The notes beneath the pieces were generated by a model. It made no database searches. It was not told the DNA's origin and saw only the letters and a program-made list of their open reading frames with translations. From NCBI GenBank assembly GCA_963666345.1, contig OY762721.1, positions 1,568,001-1,632,000 on the forward strand: a stretch of DNA of 64,000 bases. The letters run 5' to 3'. This stretch comes from Desulfatiglandales bacterium (GTDB taxonomy: Bacteria; Desulfobacterota; DSM-4660; Desulfatiglandales; Desulfatiglandaceae). Within the stretch, counting starts at the first letter, position 1. Every line of letters begins with the position of its first letter. Both the position numbers and the translations under genes were made by a program. Positions 50,944-60,117 of the stretch are shown here, piece after piece.

Positions 50944-53640
50944 CTACCCTTTCCCCTTGATCGCCTCATGTAACACCTTGCTCAATGATTGGAATTCAAA
51001 TGGTTTGGGTATCATACCCTTAAAGCCATATTCCCTAAAATTTGCCAAGACCGGGTCGTCGGAATAGCCACTGGATACAATGGCCTTAACTTCAGGATCT
51101 ATCTCCAGCAATTTGTTAATCGCTTCTTTGCCGCCCATTCCGCCGGGGATGGTCAGATCCATGATGACGGCATCATAAGGCTTTTCAGATTTCTTGGCCG
51201 CCTTGTACATCTCAATCGCCTCGGCCCCATCCTTTGCAAATTTCGACTCATAACCCAGGTTTTTCAACATTCTTCCAAGCATTTTCCTTAACGATGCTTC
51301 ATCATCCATTACCAAAATTCTGCCTTGGCCTTTTATTAGTTGAACTTCCTCTTTTTCAGGGATCATTTTGTCGGAGGCGGGCAGGTAGATGTGCAATGTC
51401 GTGCCCACCCCTATCAGGGATTCCACGGTGATATGTCCTTCATGCTTCTCGATAATGGAATGGGCTGTGGCAAGCCCGAGGCCACTCCCGTCATGCTTGG
51501 TTGTAAAATAAGGATCAAATATGTTTGCAAGATGTTTTTCCGCTATACCCACTCCTTGATCTTTAATGGATATCCTGATGTATCTGCCAGGCTTGAGGGG
51601 CAGACCATGCCCATCGTCTATTGTCAGATTCTCGGCCTCGACCCGAATGGTCCCACCCTCCGGCATGGCCTGGTTTGCATTGATCACAATATTATTGATG
51701 GCCTGGCTGATCTGTCCGACATCAACCTCAGCCGGCCAGAGATCTTCTGCTATCGAAAGCTCGCATCGGGATTTTGAGCCTCGCAGCACAAAGGAAGGCG
51801 ATTCTTTGAGGATATCTTTGATTGAGGCGGTCTCTTTTATCGGCGCTCCTCCTTTGGCAAAGGTCAATAACTGTTTTGTCAGTGTCTGCGCCCTTATTGA
51901 AGCCTTTTCGGCTTCGCTTAACATTTCAAATGTTTCCCCATCAGGTGTCATCTGCATTTTGCCCAAGGAAACATTGCCGAGAATCGTGGTCAGGATGTTG
52001 TTAAAATCGTGGGCGATGCCGCCCGCAAGCAACCCCACGGATTCAAGTTTTTCAGCCCTTAAAAGCTCCTCTTCCAATCTCTTGCGCTCGGTAATGTCCA
52101 ATACAATACCCTGGTAATGTGTAATATCTCCTTTTTCATTTCTTCTTATGAATGTCCTATCATCAACCCATTTTGTTTCTCCATCTTTAGTGAAAATTCT
52201 ATATGGCTTGTGAACAAAATTCTCTATTCCTTTTTCGCTATTTTTTACCACTTCTTGTGCGACTCTCTCCAAGTCATCGGGATGCAACATTTTGGTATAA
52301 GAAATTTTTCCGGAGGCAAGTTCTTCCGCTGTGTAGCCTAATAGCTCTTTTATATTATCGGATACAAATTGAACCGGCCATCCCTCAGCATTTTTCCACA
52401 GAAAAACGACTGCGGGGCTTCTGTTTATTATTGTGTAAGATTCACGCAACGTTTCTTCTACCTGCATACGATCAGTGATGTCGTCGAAAACCGCAACAAT
52501 CTCTTCGGAAGGCAGACGGTACACAAAATTCTCATACCACTTCTGCAGACGATCGTCCTTGTATTCCTTGGCGGGAAAATGCTCTGATACCCCTGTTTTA
52601 AATACCCGCCGGAAGACATCCAGCAGCCCGAATTCTTTGATGCTTGAACGAACCTCATAAATCGATTTGCCAATAAGGCTTTCCTTTTGATTACCATCTA
52701 AGCGTTCACCCGCCTTATTGAGGTCCTTGAAGATAAAATCGTTTCCATTGTCACGTACTTCATATATCGCTACGCCGCTGCTGATATTGTCAAATAGCTC
52801 ACGGTATCGAGTCTCGCTCAGCCTATATTTTTCTTCACTTTTCTTTAATCTTCTATATAGAAGGGTATGAGGTTTTATCAAACCCGTCTCAACTATAGCT
52901 TTGTAGACGAAAAAAAAGGAAATAATCTTAAAATAGTGTCCAACCAGATTTGAGAAGCCATAGACATTAATATAAAATGTAAAGGCTAATTCTGCAGCCA
53001 TAGATATTATGATAGCTGCAATCAGTAATCGGTATACATCATTTTCAAATTCTTTTTGTTTTAGATATAAAAGAGCGATAGATCCTATGTAAATAATACA
53101 AATGACATACTCGCTGATTTTTTTGAACGGAGTTAGTCCGGTCCCTTCAACAAAACATACCGGAAAAATATTCCATAAAAAAACAGACAAGAAAATAAGG
53201 CAAGTGACAGAAGAGTATACGATAAACAATATGTTCAGTTTAAGCCTGCGGCCAAAGAATAAAGGCGCTAAAAAAAGAGAAAAACTTTCCATATATCGGG
53301 CTGCTATCCATAATTGAGTCGGTAAATCAGCGCCGTATCCCTTAAAGATACCCATACCAGCGTAGCCTAATGTGTGTATCAATTCTAAAATAGCGATGAA
53401 TAGATATGCAACACCGATGAAAAGAAGATAATTATTGTCCAGAAATCTTCGTGAATTCCAGGCTAATATAAAAATTCCGCAGGCTACGACAATAATGAAT
53501 ACTTCAGCGATACTGTGAAAAAGGAGATAACTGTGAAGAGTGGTGAGGTATAGCCCGACTAAAATAAAAATACCGGATATAATGATAACCCATTTGCGAG
53601 AGCCGGACGATTCTATTTCCATGATATAAACCCTTGCCAA
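50944..53640 (-). CDS. MASE3-PAS hybrid histidine kinase
   Basis: YLLFHSIAE, HTLGYAGM, TQLWIAARY, NLVGHYFK membrane sensor; PAS; GIAHDFNN; REC; start may be 53622. Confidence 0.92.
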   Translation of the reverse strand: MARVYIMEIESSGSRKWVIIISGIFILVGLYLTTLHSYLLFHSIAEVFIIVVACGIFILAWNSRRFLDNNYLLFIGVAYLFIAILELIHTLGYAGMGIFKGYGADLPTQLWIAARYMESFSLFLAPLFFGRRLKLNILFIVYSSVTCLIFLSVFLWNIFPVCFVEGTGLTPFKKISEYVICIIYIGSIALLYLKQKEFENDVYRLLIAAIIISMAAELAFTFYINVYGFSNLVGHYFKIISFFFVYKAIVETGLIKPHTLLYRRLKKSEEKYRLSETRYRELFDNISSGVAIYEVRDNGNDFIFKDLNKAGERLDGNQKESLIGKSIYEVRSSIKEFGLLDVFRRVFKTGVSEHFPAKEYKDDRLQKWYENFVYRLPSEEIVAVFDDITDRMQVEETLRESYTIINRSPAVVFLWKNAEGWPVQFVSDNIKELLGYTAEELASGKISYTKMLHPDDLERVAQEVVKNSEKGIENFVHKPYRIFTKDGETKWVDDRTFIRRNEKGDITHYQGIVLDITERKRLEEELLRAEKLESVGLLAGGIAHDFNNILTTILGNVSLGKMQMTPDGETFEMLSEAEKASIRAQTLTKQLLTFAKGGAPIKETASIKDILKESPSFVLRGSKSRCELSIAEDLWPAEVDVGQISQAINNIVINANQAMPEGGTIRVEAENLTIDDGHGLPLKPGRYIRISIKDQGVGIAEKHLANIFDPYFTTKHDGSGLGLATAHSIIEKHEGHITVESLIGVGTTLHIYLPASDKMIPEKEEVQLIKGQGRILVMDDEASLRKMLGRMLKNLGYESKFAKDGAEAIEMYKAAKKSEKPYDAVIMDLTIPGGMGGKEAINKLLEIDPEVKAIVSSGYSDDPVLANFREYGFKGMIPKPFEFQSLSKVLHEAIKGKG

Positions 53641-54014
53641 AGTGAATCTAAATCAAATCGGATTATGTTAATCTTGATACCCATGGTCTGTTGTATTTTT
53701 TCAAACATAAGTTGCATTATCTGATCGTGCCCATTACCACAATTTCATTGATGCTTAACATCCAGTATCTTTGAGTTTCTAGGGCGATCAGATTCTCAAC
53801 CATTCGATAATTATTCATCAATCCCAACATGTTCAAATAACGTTTTGTAATCGTTTAACCCATGGCGCTCAATAATCCAGATATGAAAGCACACTTGTCA
53901 TTTGAATACGCTATCGTCGTCCAGTAATTGAACATTCGGTTTGGTGGTAAATGCTATGATGCGCTTGAATTGCACACACAATTTCGCCCCTCAAGGCTCA
54001 AGCGCGGCCGCTCT

Positions 54015-54914
54015 TCATTTGTCATCCGCCACGCACACCCTGTTCCTGCCCTCTTCTTTTGCCCTGTAAAGGGCGTCATCCGCTTTCTTGATCAACAAAT
54101 CAACATTTCCCCCAGGCTCAATAGAGCAGGAAGCCGTACCAAAGCTTGCAGTAATCCGAATCGATCGTGCGTCGTCCGGCAGCATGATTTCCATATCTTC
54201 TATTTGTCCGCGCATTCTTTCGGCAACTGAAGCGGCTTGCAATCCGTCAGCTCTCGGCAAACAAACCAAAAACTCCTCCCCTCCGTATCTCCCCAGAAAA
54301 TCATAGGGCCTTGCTGAAGTTTTTAATTGGTCTGTAAACCGTTGAAGCACAAGATCTCCGACTTGGTGGCCGTATGTATCATTGACTCTTTTGAAATGAT
54401 CGATATCTGCAAAAATAAGGGAAAGGGGTTTCTTTTCCCGTTGTGCCCGGGACATCTCTTGCTCCATTCTTTCCATAAAGGCTCTACGATTCAGCAAACC
54501 GGTCAAGGTGTCTGTGTTGGCCAATTGCAGTATGCGGCGCTCTAAATTGATGATCCTTTCACCTATCCGGGTTCGATACTTCAGTTCTTCCTGGTTAAAA
54601 GGCTTGGTCAAGAAATCATCCGCTCCCGCCTCCAACCCCTTGATGATATCTTTTTTCTCTCCCTTTGCCGTTAGGATTATAAAGTAAATATAATCGGATT
54701 TCTCCATATTGCGTATTTTCCGGCAAAGCGCCAATCCATCCATCCGGGGCATCATCCAGTCCGAAATAATGAGACTCGGTGATTCAGGTTGTTGAATGAT
54801 CTCCCAGGCCTCACCGCCATCAGAAGCAACCGTCACCTTATAGCCCCATTCAAGTAAATTTGCTTCCAGTACGCGTCTGGATATGGGGTCATCTTCAGCG
54901 ATCAGAATTTTCAT
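54015..54914 (-). CDS. Response regulator diguanylate cyclase (REC-GGDEF)
   Basis: SDWMMP REC; DIDHFK, RPYD I-site, RYGGEEF. Confidence 0.95.
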   Translation of the reverse strand: MKILIAEDDPISRRVLEANLLEWGYKVTVASDGGEAWEIIQQPESPSLIISDWMMPRMDGLALCRKIRNMEKSDYIYFIILTAKGEKKDIIKGLEAGADDFLTKPFNQEELKYRTRIGERIINLERRILQLANTDTLTGLLNRRAFMERMEQEMSRAQREKKPLSLIFADIDHFKRVNDTYGHQVGDLVLQRFTDQLKTSARPYDFLGRYGGEEFLVCLPRADGLQAASVAERMRGQIEDMEIMLPDDARSIRITASFGTASCSIEPGGNVDLLIKKADDALYRAKEEGRNRVCVADDK

Positions 54915-57910
54915 TTTTTCATTTCCTGCAAAACGATGTTCATTTCAGATACGAATTCGTTGAGAACTCTTTCAAGATCTGATAGTCCCGCCGCTGCCGT
55001 TGCCATTTCCCCTTCGTTTCCCAGTTTCTCAAGGTGATAGGATGCCTCGTATGCTTCCTTAGCTCCGAAATTACCTACAGCACCTTTCAGACTGTGGGCT
55101 TCTCTCTCAAGGATACCGGCATCGTTTCCTGTAATTCCTTCCTTGATCCTGGCTATATAATCAGAACAGCTTTCCATGAACATACCGGCGATTTCCCGGA
55201 AAAGGTCTTTATTGCCTAAAACTGTCTCCATGGCAACGGACAGGTCAAAAGTCTTTGGAGAAAAGGCTTTTGTGCTTTGTGGGGGCTGTGGTCGTTTTTG
55301 CTCTTTTTCACTGTGCGATTTACGGGCAACTTTATTGATGGCACTAAAAAGCACTTCCGGCTTGATCGGTTTGGACACATAGTCATCCATGCCCGCTTCG
55401 ATGCACTTTTCCCGGTCCCCCGTCATGGCATGAGCCGTCATGGCAACGATCGGAATCCTTTCGATTGACGATTGACGATTGACGATTGACGATTGGTTAG
55501 CGGTTGGTGTTTGTTTTGCCTGATCTCCGTCTTCCGTCTTCCGCGTTCCGCATTCCAAATTCCGAATTGCTTTTGTGGCTTCAAATCCATCCATTTCCGG
55601 CATCTGGATATCCATGAGAATCAGATCGAAATCCCCCTTTTTAAATGCCTCAACAGCCTCTATCCCGTTCGATGCCAGGGTAACCCGGTGCCCCCTTGTC
55701 TCCAAAAGCTTTATGGCCAGGGTCTGGTTTATCAGGTTGTCTTCAGCCAACAGAATATTGAAACTTTTCCGTTTTTCATAAATTTTATGGCGAGTGATGA
55801 CCGCAGGCATTTCTCCTGAGGAAAGCCCCATGGTCATCATGATGGCATCAAGTAGTTCCGATTGCTTTATAGGTTTGGGCAGATACCCTGAGATGCCGAT
55901 CTCTTTGCAACGATCGGAGTCACCCCTTTGCCCCATGGAAGAAAGCACGATAATTTTTACATCTTTTCCCGAAGGAGCGTCCTTGATTATTCTGGCTACA
56001 TCAAAGCCGTCTAATTCCGGCATCTGCATATCCAGTAAAATCAATCGATACGGCGTTCCGGAACCAAACGCCTCGTTGAAACGATCAATCGCTTCTTTAC
56101 CATTGGCCGTAATAGTTGGAACAAGGCCCCAGGATTTTATCATTTCCTGGAGCAGGATACGGTTGGTGTAATTATCGTCCACAATGAGAACCGGCATTCC
56201 CGAAAGATCCTGCGGTTTGGGACGCGGGTCTCTGATATCTTTCGAGCGGCTTAGTTCAAAGGAAACAGTGAAATGGAAAATGCTGCCCGGACCTCCAATA
56301 GGGAGTTCCCGGTTCCGGGTGTTGGAATCCTCCTCCAACCGAAACCTGTTCGGGCTCTCCACCTTGATCTCTCCACCCATCATCTCAACAAACTGTCTGG
56401 TTATGGATAGCCCCAGACCCGTGCCGCCGTACTTTCTTGTGTTGGAACCATCCACCTGCTCGAAACTGTTGAAAATTGAATCCAGCTTGTCCTGGGGAAT
56501 CCCGATGCCGGTGTCCGATACCATGAAATGGAGTTTCACCGAATCATCCGTCTCGGATTCCATTTCAACCCGGATCACGATTTCACCTTCTTCGGTAAAT
56601 TTAAGCGAATTCCCCGCTATGTTGACGATAATCTGGCGCAGCCTGCCCGGGTCCCCGATTAAAGCCGTGGGCACATCCGGCCGGATGTGGCAGGTCAACT
56701 CCAGACCCTTTTCGTGGGCCTTCAAGGCCAGGGTGTCGACAGCATTTTCAAGAGTGACCCGCAGGTTAAAATCGATGGCTTCCAGCTCCATTTTCCCGGC
56801 TTCGATTTTGGAAAAATCCAGGATGTCGTTGATCAGTGCCAGGAGCGAATCTGCCGACATCTTCGCCATTTCCAGATATTTCCGCTGCTCTTCGCCCAGG
56901 TCGGTGCCCAGGACCAGTTCGGTCATGCCGATGATCCCGTTCATGGGCGTGCGAATCTCGTGGCTCATGTTGGCCAGAAACCCACTTTTGGCACGATTGG
57001 CTGCTTCGGCCTCTTTCCTGGACTTCAAGGCTTCCCGGTTCGCTTCGGCCAGTTCCGCCGTACGCTGCTGAACCAGTTCTTCGAGATGCTCCTTATGGAC
57101 CTTGAGTTCGTCCCGGGCAAGGTCTCGTGAATATATAATCCCGGCTATCTGACGCATGGCGCGCGCCATGACCAGCAGGCAGATGGCAAGCGTCAGAAAA
57201 GTAATGGTCCATCGCGCGACGTTCAGTTTTGAGAGGGCGTCGTGACGTTGCCTGGCCATTATTTGCAATCTCTGGTTCGCTTCCTGAAGTCCCTTTGTGG
57301 CATCCTCACTCGAACGAACCAGATAGGGCAGCGTCGTTTTCATCTCGATTCGCGTCTCGCGGTGCAATTGCTCTATTTGGTCTGGATCGTTAGCCTCAAG
57401 CCGGCGTCGAGTCAAATCGGCGATGCGGTTAACGGCGTCTCGGATGTCGGGAATTCGAGGCGTCAGGTCGATCAGCACAAGCACGTAGCCTTCATCCGGG
57501 TCGGGAGTGTAAGCGATGGTTTCGCGGATGATTTCCGCGCCGGTCATGTTCGTGGCGATGATGTTGTGGTATTGGCCGCCCTTGCGAAAGACATTCAGGA
57601 TCTTTTTGATTTCGACAAGCGCCCCTTTAATACGTCCCTGCACGACAGTCAAATCCCTTAAATCATCGAGTTCGGTCAGTTTATAGACCTCCAGCTCGAG
57701 GTGAGTCAGCTCCTGATAGATAACGCGATCGAGCATTCGTCGCGCATGAAGACCGGCTATTTTTCTGTTATATGTCTCGTCGTGATGATGAAAGTATTTC
57801 TCCATCGCCACAATGACCGCAAGCCCTACGATGGCTACAAGCACGAGTACCATCAACTTCCGCTGTATCGGTTCTTTCATAAAATTGAATTTCATAATGT
57901 CGTCCCTCAA
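54911..57910 (-). CDS. Membrane hybrid histidine kinase (HisKA-HATPase-REC-REC-HPt)
   Basis: Two TM helices, [19 protein letters not shown], two REC domains, AHSLKG HPt. Confidence 0.93.
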   Translation of the reverse strand: MRDDIMKFNFMKEPIQRKLMVLVLVAIVGLAVIVAMEKYFHHHDETYNRKIAGLHARRMLDRVIYQELTHLELEVYKLTELDDLRDLTVVQGRIKGALVEIKKILNVFRKGGQYHNIIATNMTGAEIIRETIAYTPDPDEGYVLVLIDLTPRIPDIRDAVNRIADLTRRRLEANDPDQIEQLHRETRIEMKTTLPYLVRSSEDATKGLQEANQRLQIMARQRHDALSKLNVARWTITFLTLAICLLVMARAMRQIAGIIYSRDLARDELKVHKEHLEELVQQRTAELAEANREALKSRKEAEAANRAKSGFLANMSHEIRTPMNGIIGMTELVLGTDLGEEQRKYLEMAKMSADSLLALINDILDFSKIEAGKMELEAIDFNLRVTLENAVDTLALKAHEKGLELTCHIRPDVPTALIGDPGRLRQIIVNIAGNSLKFTEEGEIVIRVEMESETDDSVKLHFMVSDTGIGIPQDKLDSIFNSFEQVDGSNTRKYGGTGLGLSITRQFVEMMGGEIKVESPNRFRLEEDSNTRNRELPIGGPGSIFHFTVSFELSRSKDIRDPRPKPQDLSGMPVLIVDDNYTNRILLQEMIKSWGLVPTITANGKEAIDRFNEAFGSGTPYRLILLDMQMPELDGFDVARIIKDAPSGKDVKIIVLSSMGQRGDSDRCKEIGISGYLPKPIKQSELLDAIMMTMGLSSGEMPAVITRHKIYEKRKSFNILLAEDNLINQTLAIKLLETRGHRVTLASNGIEAVEAFKKGDFDLILMDIQMPEMDGFEATKAIRNLECGTRKTEDGDQAKQTPTANQSSIVNRQSSIERIPIVAMTAHAMTGDREKCIEAGMDDYVSKPIKPEVLFSAINKVARKSHSEKEQKRPQPPQSTKAFSPKTFDLSVAMETVLGNKDLFREIAGMFMESCSDYIARIKEGITGNDAGILEREAHSLKGAVGNFGAKEAYEASYHLEKLGNEGEMATAAAGLSDLERVLNEFVSEMNIVLQEMKK
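55463..55566. repeat. Two heptamer arrays inside a receiver-domain loop
   Basis: (GATTGAC)x4.7 at 55463-55495 and six YTCCRNN units at 55525-55566. Confidence 0.9.
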
Positions 57911-57922
57911 CGGGTCCTAAGT

Positions 57923-58843
57923 TTACTTTGCATCGTGCAGTCCGTACTTGCTGAATATCGCTTTTCCTTGTTCCGAGATAGCGTAGTTCATGAATTTCTT
58001 CGCGATTTCAGGATATCTCGACGTAGTCAACAAACCGAGGACTAATTTTCTAGGCTTAGCGTACTGCGGATCGATCTTCAGAACGTCCACGTAGGGCCTG
58101 TTTTCCTCCCACACAGCAGTGGCATACCAGTTAATAGCAAGGTCAGCCTGTTTATTGCGAAGCAGTTGGATCAATCGCTTGGAATCGGTCGTGAATTCAC
58201 GCGCGTTTTCTCTGACCTCCTCAAATAAACCCGCTCGCTGCAGCATATTAGCCGTCTCGCGACCGATGCTTCCTGTTTTCGGATTGCATATAACGACATA
58301 ATAGTCCTTGCTGGCCAGGTTTGACAGATCAGGCGAAATATTTTTCGGGTTTCCCTTCTGAACCAGCAGTGCGGCCCGGTTATAACCCACATGAACCGAT
58401 TCAGTGACAAGTCCTTCGTCCCGACATGTCTGGACGTATTTCTCCGAGCCCGGCAGATACAGATCGCCCGACTTGTTTTCCTTCAAGGCCTTCAAAAGGT
58501 TGCCGGAGCCGCCGGTTGCCATCAGAATTTCGCAGTTCTCTTCGCGTTCGATGATCGCCTTGATTTCCGCCATTGGCTTGGCCATGGTAATGCCGCAATA
58601 AATGAGCAATTGCCTGCGACCTTCGCGATTCGGCTCTTCGCCGCAACCTCCGCATACCCATGCGATAAATCCCATGAGAGTCAAAAACCGGGCTATTCGG
58701 ACAATATGCAATAAACGCCTCTGCCCATGCAGCCTTGCAAGAGGTGTCAGGATCGGGACACGGTCATAGTGTCTCCATATAATCTTTTCCTCAAAAAACC
58801 GACGACATGTGAAGGCTTTGAATCCCTCAGTAACATCCTGCAT
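57923..58843 (-). CDS. ModA-like periplasmic substrate-binding (lipo)protein
   Basis: YCGITM, GGSGNL, GDLYLPGS, VQKGNPKNI, GSIG; the true start is probably nearer the GGC lipobox-like segment (about 58710). Confidence 0.8.
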   Translation of the reverse strand: MQDVTEGFKAFTCRRFFEEKIIWRHYDRVPILTPLARLHGQRRLLHIVRIARFLTLMGFIAWVCGGCGEEPNREGRRQLLIYCGITMAKPMAEIKAIIEREENCEILMATGGSGNLLKALKENKSGDLYLPGSEKYVQTCRDEGLVTESVHVGYNRAALLVQKGNPKNISPDLSNLASKDYYVVICNPKTGSIGRETANMLQRAGLFEEVRENAREFTTDSKRLIQLLRNKQADLAINWYATAVWEENRPYVDVLKIDPQYAKPRKLVLGLLTTSRYPEIAKKFMNYAISEQGKAIFSKYGLHDAK

Positions 58844-59106
58844 TCCAATTATTCCTTTCTTTTACTGCATATTCACCAGTGTTTTACTGAAGTATAGTTC
58901 CGGCATCTTTGATAAAACCGGTCCAAGAATATTCCAGTTCCGGATAATTATCCTTAAATTGAAAATGGACTATTGAACATTTTTCCATCTTTTCGCTCTT
59001 TCAACTCTCCAGGATCCAATTCTTCTAACCCTTTACCCGTAACCAGATTGGTTGATAACCGTTCCCGTCGTGCGTATCATGGGAAAATCCCTAAAGGAGT
59101 TTTGTT

Positions 59107-59364
59107 ATGCCCAAGACGCGTATCAATGTAAGCCTGGATCAGGACTTAGCCGATTTCGCCAAGGTTTTTGCGGCTGAAAACCGCACATCGGTTGCCGAAA
59201 TGTTCACCCAATACCTGCTGGCCCTGAAGCGGCGAGCCGAGAGCAAGCATATGGAAACGATTCTGGAAAATCCGGCTTTTCAACAGGCGATGGAAGATGT
59301 TCAGGACAAATTGCGAGCCGGGACAGCAGAGTGGCACTCATATGATGAGGTTTTCGGGGATTGA
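59107..59364 (+). CDS. Ribbon-helix-helix type antitoxin
   Basis: KTRINVSLD N-terminus, acidic C-terminus WHSYDEVF, SD AAGGAG, TGATG overlap with the toxin. Confidence 0.75.
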   Translation: MPKTRINVSLDQDLADFAKVFAAENRTSVAEMFTQYLLALKRRAESKHMETILENPAFQQAMEDVQDKLRAGTAEWHSYDEVFGD

Positions 59365-59675
59365 TGGAAGCCATATTCGAGACCGATTTCCTGAAGGCCT
59401 TCAAAAAGCACGCTTCGATCAGGAATCTTGTCAGGAAAAAGGTTGACATGATCATGGAAAACCCCGTTGCCTTTGGCGAACCCTTGAAAGGTAACTGGCA
59501 AGGATTCTATTCATGTCCCGTGAAGCGCAATTTCATCATCATATACCTGTATTGCGAAGCCTGTCGAAAAAAAGGTGATGATGCTGTCGTAGCCTGCTCG
59601 GATTGCCGGGAAACACCAAATCAGACCATCAAGTTCGTACTGCCCGGTCCTCACGATGATGCCTACGGCGCATAA
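59364..59675 (+). CDS. RelE/YafQ-like toxin with a four-Cys insertion
   Basis: FLKAFKK, ENP..GEPLKG.W.G.YS, GPHDDAY; CEAC-x10-CSDC. Confidence 0.75.
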   Translation: MEAIFETDFLKAFKKHASIRNLVRKKVDMIMENPVAFGEPLKGNWQGFYSCPVKRNFIIIYLYCEACRKKGDDAVVACSDCRETPNQTIKFVLPGPHDDAYGA

Positions 59676-59685
59676 CTTACTTCTT

Positions 59686-59718
59686 GAATGCGGAAAGCGG
59701 AGCCCGGAGCGCGGAAGT
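59686..59718. repeat. Heptamer array downstream of the four-helix-bundle gene
   Basis: GAATGCG GAAAGCG GAGCCCG GAGCGCG GAAGT. Confidence 0.8.
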
Positions 59719-60117
59719 TCATTTCCGTTTTTTTGCCGTCCTGATGGAGGCCACTACCATAGACAGGATCTCATCGGCCTCTTTGTACAGATCTGAAATC
59801 CTATTCTCATCCATCAGGCCGGATTCTTCGATCAGCTCCATCCAGTACATTGATTCATCCGTCTCTTCTTCCACGATCCCCATCTTGCTGATGGAATCAG
59901 CCATTGACCTCACCCGTTTGGCTGCCCGGTAGTTGGCTCCGACACTGGTGCCGCTTCGTAGCAATTGTCTCTGGATCACTCTTCCTTCGGGCGATTTAGG
60001 CAATGCATTAGCCAGCCTGATCACCCTCAACCCAAACTGTTTGGTTCGTCCTTTCAGTTCCTCCCCAGGCATTTCCCTGCCCCTCAGCTTCCGCGTTCGT
60101 TCATCCTCCGACTTCAT
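59719..60117 (-). CDS. Four helix bundle protein (TIGR02436 / 23S rRNA-IVP family)
   Basis: RTKQF.LRVI, QLLRSGTSVGANYRAA, EEETDESMYWMEL; ATGA overlap with the upstream kinase. Confidence 0.9.
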   Translation of the reverse strand: MKSEDERTRKLRGREMPGEELKGRTKQFGLRVIRLANALPKSPEGRVIQRQLLRSGTSVGANYRAAKRVRSMADSISKMGIVEEETDESMYWMELIEESGLMDENRISDLYKEADEILSMVVASIRTAKKRK

